DNA from: a virus
Taxonomy: Duplodnaviria > Caudoviricetes
Strand: one strand, 5' to 3'
Length of the DNA: 38,155 nucleotides
Virus record (IMG/VR): IMGVR_UViG_3300042334_000410
Coordinates: 1 to 38,155 of that record
This document shows, piece by piece, positions 33,934 through 38,155 of the stretch (positions are counted from its first letter, which is position 1; each line of letters opens with the position of its first letter). The position numbers and the translations under genes are program-made. Below the pieces are notes generated by a model. The model saw only the letters and a list, made by a program, of their open reading frames with translations. It made no database searches and had not been told where the DNA came from.

Positions 33934-34121
33934 AATGGATACTTGAAGGCGGCGAACGCCACGAAGCCTTTACGTACCCTGATGAAGAATGGCTTTACTA
34001 TGTCTGCGCTAAAGAATTTGGCTGGACACCGCTAGAGGTTGATGAGCAACCAGCAGGCACTTTGGATTGGTTGCTCGCAATCTCGGCGATAGTGAAAAAG
34101 GTGGAAAGTGATAACCAGTAA
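33909..34121 (+). CDS. Tail assembly chaperone -1 frameshift extension (GT; not in ORF track)
   Basis: C CCT TTC at 33909-15; -1 frame RRLQRLKWILEGGERHEAFTYPDEEWLYYVCAKEFGWTPLEVDEQPAGTLDWLLAISAIVKKVESDNQ. Confidence 0.85.
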   Translation, partial: PFRRLQRLKWILEGGERHEAFTYPDEEWLYYVCAKEFGWTPLEVDEQPAGTLDWLLAISAIVKKVESDNQ

Positions 34122-34521
34122 TCTAAAATTGGTACGTGAAGCCACAAAAAAGGCTGGCAAATCAATTGACGATGGCGCACGTGCTACGCGTGACGAGATG
34201 ATGACAACTCTAATCCAATTGGCTAAAGCCGAGATAGTCGGCAGACGTCCAAAAGGCGAGCGCGCCATATCAGGAAAACCACCTATGAACCGAACAGGTA
34301 ATTTGCGCCGTTCTATTCGCGGCGAAAAATATAACGTTGGGTTTGCCAAGTATGAAGCAATCGTTGGACCGACTATGATTTACGGACGCGCAGTTGAAAT
34401 GGGCGGCGCGCCTACTTGGACAAAAGGACAAAAGTTTCCTTATATGTCGCCTGCTTATGCAAAATTTAGGCTTATTGCCCCTAGAATTGTGCAAAAGCAT
34501 ATGGCGATTGGCGGTAAATAA
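34108..34521 (+). CDS. HK97 gp10-like tail/neck component
   Basis: 'PPMNRTGNLRRSI', 'VGPTMIYGRAVEMG', 'FPYMSPA'. Confidence 0.82.
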   Translation: MITSNLKLVREATKKAGKSIDDGARATRDEMMTTLIQLAKAEIVGRRPKGERAISGKPPMNRTGNLRRSIRGEKYNVGFAKYEAIVGPTMIYGRAVEMGGAPTWTKGQKFPYMSPAYAKFRLIAPRIVQKHMAIGGK

Positions 34522-37346
34522 TGGCAAGTTTCTTACCGCCAGCCGTATTTGAAATTAAGGCTATTGCCGACCAAGCCATCGCAAAGTTTAAAGAAGTTGA
34601 TGGCGAACTGGACAAGATGGGTAACTCTGCCGATAGCGCAGGCGGCAAGATTTCAGGCATAGATAAAGCAAGCAAAATTGCTACTGCTGGCGTTCTTGCT
34701 ATGGGCGCGGCATTTGTAGGCTTTGCCGCATTTGGCATTAAAGAAGCCAACGAAGCCGAGCAAGCCCTTAACAAACTAGGCGTAACTCTTTCTAACTTTG
34801 GCGTTAATACGGCAGAAACTCGTAAAAGAGTTGAAGATTTAACTGGCGGTTATGTTGATTTAGGTTTTGGTGGAGAAGAAGCGGCGGCTGGTTTTGACGT
34901 ACTATTTAGAGCAACTGGCGATTTGGATAAAGCGCAGGCATTACTTGCCACATCTGCCGACTTGGCTCGCGTTAAAAATATTTCTCTTGCTGACGCGTCA
35001 AGTATTGTTTCAAAAGCAAGTATGGGCGGCGCAAAAGCATTTAAGGAAATGGGTATTACATTAGATACCACTTTGCCTAAAGCGCAAGCAATTGATAAAG
35101 CAATGAAAGAACTTAACGCGCGTATTGGCGGACAGGCTACGGCTTACACAAAAACATTTGCTGGTCAAATGGTTGTAATGAAAGAAAAGTTTGCTGACGT
35201 TGCCGAAACATTAGGTACTACTCTTATGCCGTATCTAAAAGCATTTTTGGACGGCATAACTAAAACTGTTACTTGGATTAAAGCAAATTCTTCTTGGCTT
35301 TCTATTTTGGCTGGCGCTTTTGTTGTAATAACTGTTGCGCTTGCTTCGTATAACGCCTACATAAAAATCTCAGCCGCCTTAACTAAGGCTTGGACGGCAG
35401 TTACAACTATTCAAAAAACAGTTACGGCTATGATGACAGGACAACAGTTAGCACTTAATGCGGCAATGACAGTAAATCCAATTGGTTTGATTGTTGCTGC
35501 GGCTGTGTTACTTATTGGTGCTTTGGTTTTGCTTTGGAACAAATCAGAAACTTTCCGCAAAATGATGATTCAAATTGGCAAAGTGGGCTTAATTGCTCTT
35601 GGCGGTTTGTTAAAAATAATGGGTATGTATGCAGAATCTGTTTTAAAAGTGGCTACTGGACCTTTAAAACTTCTTCTTAAAGGTTTGGCATTGCTTGGCG
35701 TAGGTGGCGCAAAAGAAGCATTAAAAGGCATAGAGAAAGCAACCGAAGGTGTTGGTAATTTCTTTGATAGTGCGGCTAAAAAAGTTACAGATATGTCTAA
35801 AAACTTGGACAAACTTAACAAGCCAATTAAATTAACATTTAGCACACCTACAATTCCTGATATGCCAAATGTTGATGGCACGGGAGTAGGTGGTGGTAAA
35901 GGCGCTGGCAAGGGCGGCATTAGTAAAGAAACCGCAAAAGCCAACGAAGGCTATATGAAAATTGTTAAAGATTTAAATGACAAAATAACGGCTGCCAAAA
36001 CAAAATTTAACGAAACAATGGCGGAACTTGAAAAAGATTACAACAGCACCACTCAAAAATTACGTGCTGACGCGGCTGAAAAAATTGCTGACCTTACAAA
36101 AAATCATAACGAGAAAGTTGCAAAATTAGAGGCTGACGCCAAAAAGAAAACTGTTGAGGCAACTAACAAATTTAACGAAACAATGGCTAATCTAAATGCC
36201 AAAAGAGGCGAAGATTTAATTAAAGCACAACAAGACAATATTACTAAAGTTGCCGAATTAACTGCACAAGGTAACGAAAAGTTGCAATCAATTGTGGCGC
36301 AATCTGTCAATCGTTTGCGTGACGCTTACAAAAAAGGCACAGAGTTTAGCGTTACAGATTTATTTAAAGGTTTGTCAGAGGCTGGCACAGCAAGCGTTAC
36401 AGATTTATTAACTAAAATGAAAGAAAAATTGGCTGCTTCTAAAGAACTTGCCAAGAACGCGGCGTTGTTACAGGCTCAAGGTTTTAGTCAGACATTTATT
36501 GAAGAAGTTGTTGCGGCTGGACCCGAAGTAGGCAACCAATTGGCGCAATCAATTTTGAACGCCAACCCTGAAACCATAAAAGAGTTACAGGCTACTTATG
36601 CCGACATAGAAGCAACAACCAATACAGGCTTAGACGCGCTTGCTAACGCTATGAGTACAGGCGGTAATTTGGCTACCGCCGAACTTAATAAAGCCTACGC
36701 ACAAGCGCAAACAGATTTGCAGCAATCATTAACAAAACAAGCCGCCGAATACACGGCACAACAGGCAGAAATCAATAAAACATTTAATCAGGCTATGGCA
36801 GAAGCCGAAAAAACACGTGACACGGCTATTTCCGTTGCTATGTCTGATTTGGCAGAGGCTTTGGCAGAAGAAAACAAGTCATTTAATGAGGCTGTTGCGC
36901 AAGTAAATAGCGATTTAGCGGAAGCGTTAGCAGAAGCACAGGCTGATTTTGTAGAAAAAAGCCAAGCGGCTCAAAAAGAGTTGAACGATACGCTGACAGA
37001 AATTGAAAAAGATTTTAAAGATAAACTTGGCAAGATTAGTGACGCCACTAAAGCCACAAATTCCGAAATAACAAAAATGATGGCAAACTTTGCTGCCGCT
37101 AAAACACTTATGGCTACGCCGATTACTGTACCTGCACCAATTCAGGCTGGCAGCGGCGGTTATGGACTTAGTTCAGGCGTTGTTGCTGGCGTTACTGGGG
37201 CAAAAACGAATACAAATACCACAAACGTTACAACAAACGTTACAGCCAATACAAATGCCTCGCCTGCCGCTATTGCCACAGCCGTAACAAATGCTGCTAA
37301 ATTTGGCGTAGCAACAGGCGGTGGCGGAAATATGGTGACGTTATGA
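34521..37346 (+). CDS. Tape measure protein
   Basis: 941 aa, Ala/Lys-rich helical; 'NPIGLIVAAAVLLIGALVLLWNKSETFR'; long coiled coil. Confidence 0.93.
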   Translation: MASFLPPAVFEIKAIADQAIAKFKEVDGELDKMGNSADSAGGKISGIDKASKIATAGVLAMGAAFVGFAAFGIKEANEAEQALNKLGVTLSNFGVNTAETRKRVEDLTGGYVDLGFGGEEAAAGFDVLFRATGDLDKAQALLATSADLARVKNISLADASSIVSKASMGGAKAFKEMGITLDTTLPKAQAIDKAMKELNARIGGQATAYTKTFAGQMVVMKEKFADVAETLGTTLMPYLKAFLDGITKTVTWIKANSSWLSILAGAFVVITVALASYNAYIKISAALTKAWTAVTTIQKTVTAMMTGQQLALNAAMTVNPIGLIVAAAVLLIGALVLLWNKSETFRKMMIQIGKVGLIALGGLLKIMGMYAESVLKVATGPLKLLLKGLALLGVGGAKEALKGIEKATEGVGNFFDSAAKKVTDMSKNLDKLNKPIKLTFSTPTIPDMPNVDGTGVGGGKGAGKGGISKETAKANEGYMKIVKDLNDKITAAKTKFNETMAELEKDYNSTTQKLRADAAEKIADLTKNHNEKVAKLEADAKKKTVEATNKFNETMANLNAKRGEDLIKAQQDNITKVAELTAQGNEKLQSIVAQSVNRLRDAYKKGTEFSVTDLFKGLSEAGTASVTDLLTKMKEKLAASKELAKNAALLQAQGFSQTFIEEVVAAGPEVGNQLAQSILNANPETIKELQATYADIEATTNTGLDALANAMSTGGNLATAELNKAYAQAQTDLQQSLTKQAAEYTAQQAEINKTFNQAMAEAEKTRDTAISVAMSDLAEALAEENKSFNEAVAQVNSDLAEALAEAQADFVEKSQAAQKELNDTLTEIEKDFKDKLGKISDATKATNSEITKMMANFAAAKTLMATPITVPAPIQAGSGGYGLSSGVVAGVTGAKTNTNTTNVTTNVTANTNASPAAIATAVTNAAKFGVATGGGGNMVTL

Positions 37347-38155
37347 CAGTTACATTAACGCAATCTTATTCGTTTTCATTTAACGGATTAACGTTTGGCG
37401 GCGCTGGTTCGCCTTATCAAATTCTTTCTGTTGATGGCTTAGAGGCTTTACCTGCTTTGCGCTCGCAGGACGACAACAGAGGCTATGCCGATGGTATGTT
37501 TTCAGGGCGAGATTTTTACGCAGGGCGCACAGTAAGTATTATTTTTAACACTTTTGGCGCAAATGGCGTATCGGCGCAGACTAATTACAACATACTGCAA
37601 TCGTATCTTTTGCCTCAAACAGCAGGCACAACGCCACTTTATTTCTTAATGCCGCCGTCCGATACGCAGTTCTTAAATGCGCGTGTAAGAGGTTTAAAGA
37701 CCGTTGTGGACCCTGATTACACATACGGCAAGATTACTTCTATGGTGGAGTTTTTTTGCCCTAATCCAGCCTATTTTAGCAATAACGAGCAAACGGCTAT
37801 TTTGTTGTATTCGCCACCAACTGGTCGTATTTATAATCGCACTTATAATCTAACGTATGGCGGTGGCTCGGCAACTATTACTACAACCATTACAAATAAC
37901 GGTTGGGCAAATGCCTATCCAACTATTACTTTAAATGGACCTATTACCAACCCTGTTCTTGGCAACAGTACGCAAGGATTTTTCTTAGATTTTGTTGGCA
38001 CGTTTTCTTCAAGTGACAGCCTAGTAGTGGATTTATACAATAAACTTATAACGTTAAACGGCGCGCCTGCTCGTAATTTACTTATATCAGGCGATTGGTT
38101 TTGGGCGCAACCCGGAAATAACAATTTTTATTTAACTGGAACTGGTACTCTAAGT
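37343..38155 (+). CDS. Distal tail (Dit)-like protein, N-terminal part (about 285 aa after circular joining; not in ORF track)
   Basis: ATGA overlap with tape measure stop; MTVTLTQSYSFSFNGLTFGGAGSPYQILSVDGLEALPALRSQDDNRGYADGMFSGRDFYAGRTV...FFCPNPAYF; open to the window end. Confidence 0.85.
   Translation, partial: MTVTLTQSYSFSFNGLTFGGAGSPYQILSVDGLEALPALRSQDDNRGYADGMFSGRDFYAGRTVSIIFNTFGANGVSAQTNYNILQSYLLPQTAGTTPLYFLMPPSDTQFLNARVRGLKTVVDPDYTYGKITSMVEFFCPNPAYFSNNEQTAILLYSPPTGRIYNRTYNLTYGGGSATITTTITNNGWANAYPTITLNGPITNPVLGNSTQGFFLDFVGTFSSSDSLVVDLYNKLITLNGAPARNLLISGDWFWAQPGNNNFYLTGTGTLS
38008..38155. repeat. Terminal direct repeat, right copy
   Basis: Matches 1-148 with one mismatch. Confidence 0.97.

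Noticed and set aside
11620-33990. Other CUGANGA matches (e.g. about 13662, 16867, 20963, 23631, 30003, 33979; minus strand about 11624)
   Set aside because: All lie inside coding sequence and I found no flanking stems I-III
1700-38124. All minus-strand ORFs in the supplied track
   Set aside because: They are shadows of well-supported + strand genes or short ORFs in the control region, with no RBS or recognisable motifs

Overview
This window is an essentially complete, circularly assembled tailed-phage (siphovirus-type) genome of 38,007 bp. Bases 38008-38155 repeat bases 1-148 with one synonymous mismatch, and the distal-tail gene runs across the join. Every gene I can support lies on the + strand. 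The order is: tail tip/fibres and lysis (1-5.6 kb), a non-coding control region (5.6-6.4 kb), small early genes, recombination/replication genes (DUF932, Bet/RecT, PD-(D/E)XK nuclease, replication initiator with internal 7-bp repeats, RusA, HNH, SSB), a ParB + ABC-ATPase/GNAT locus, terminase, a fibre cluster inserted before the portal, head genes, then tail genes with a -1 frameshifted chaperone. I see no integrase, repressor, polymerase or tRNA. The host is probably a low-GC actinobacterium (inferred from the SSB, SLT and tail-gene styles). The most striking unannotated signal is an RNA-level control layer. (1) Two complete type-II hammerhead ribozymes (about 6304-6376 and 7583-7677) lie in the early region. 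Each is predicted to cut about 60 nt upstream of a start codon, and together they bracket a 1.3-kb five-gene cassette. (2) A non-canonical ribosome-binding motif, AGGACAG, precedes eight early/middle genes, and a 15-bp hairpin at the end of the middle operon has a loop (CCUGUCC) that is its antisense. (3) A second hairpin has a loop (GCCUUCC) antisense to GGAAGGC. All protein calls rest on motif and synteny recognition only; no database searches were run.
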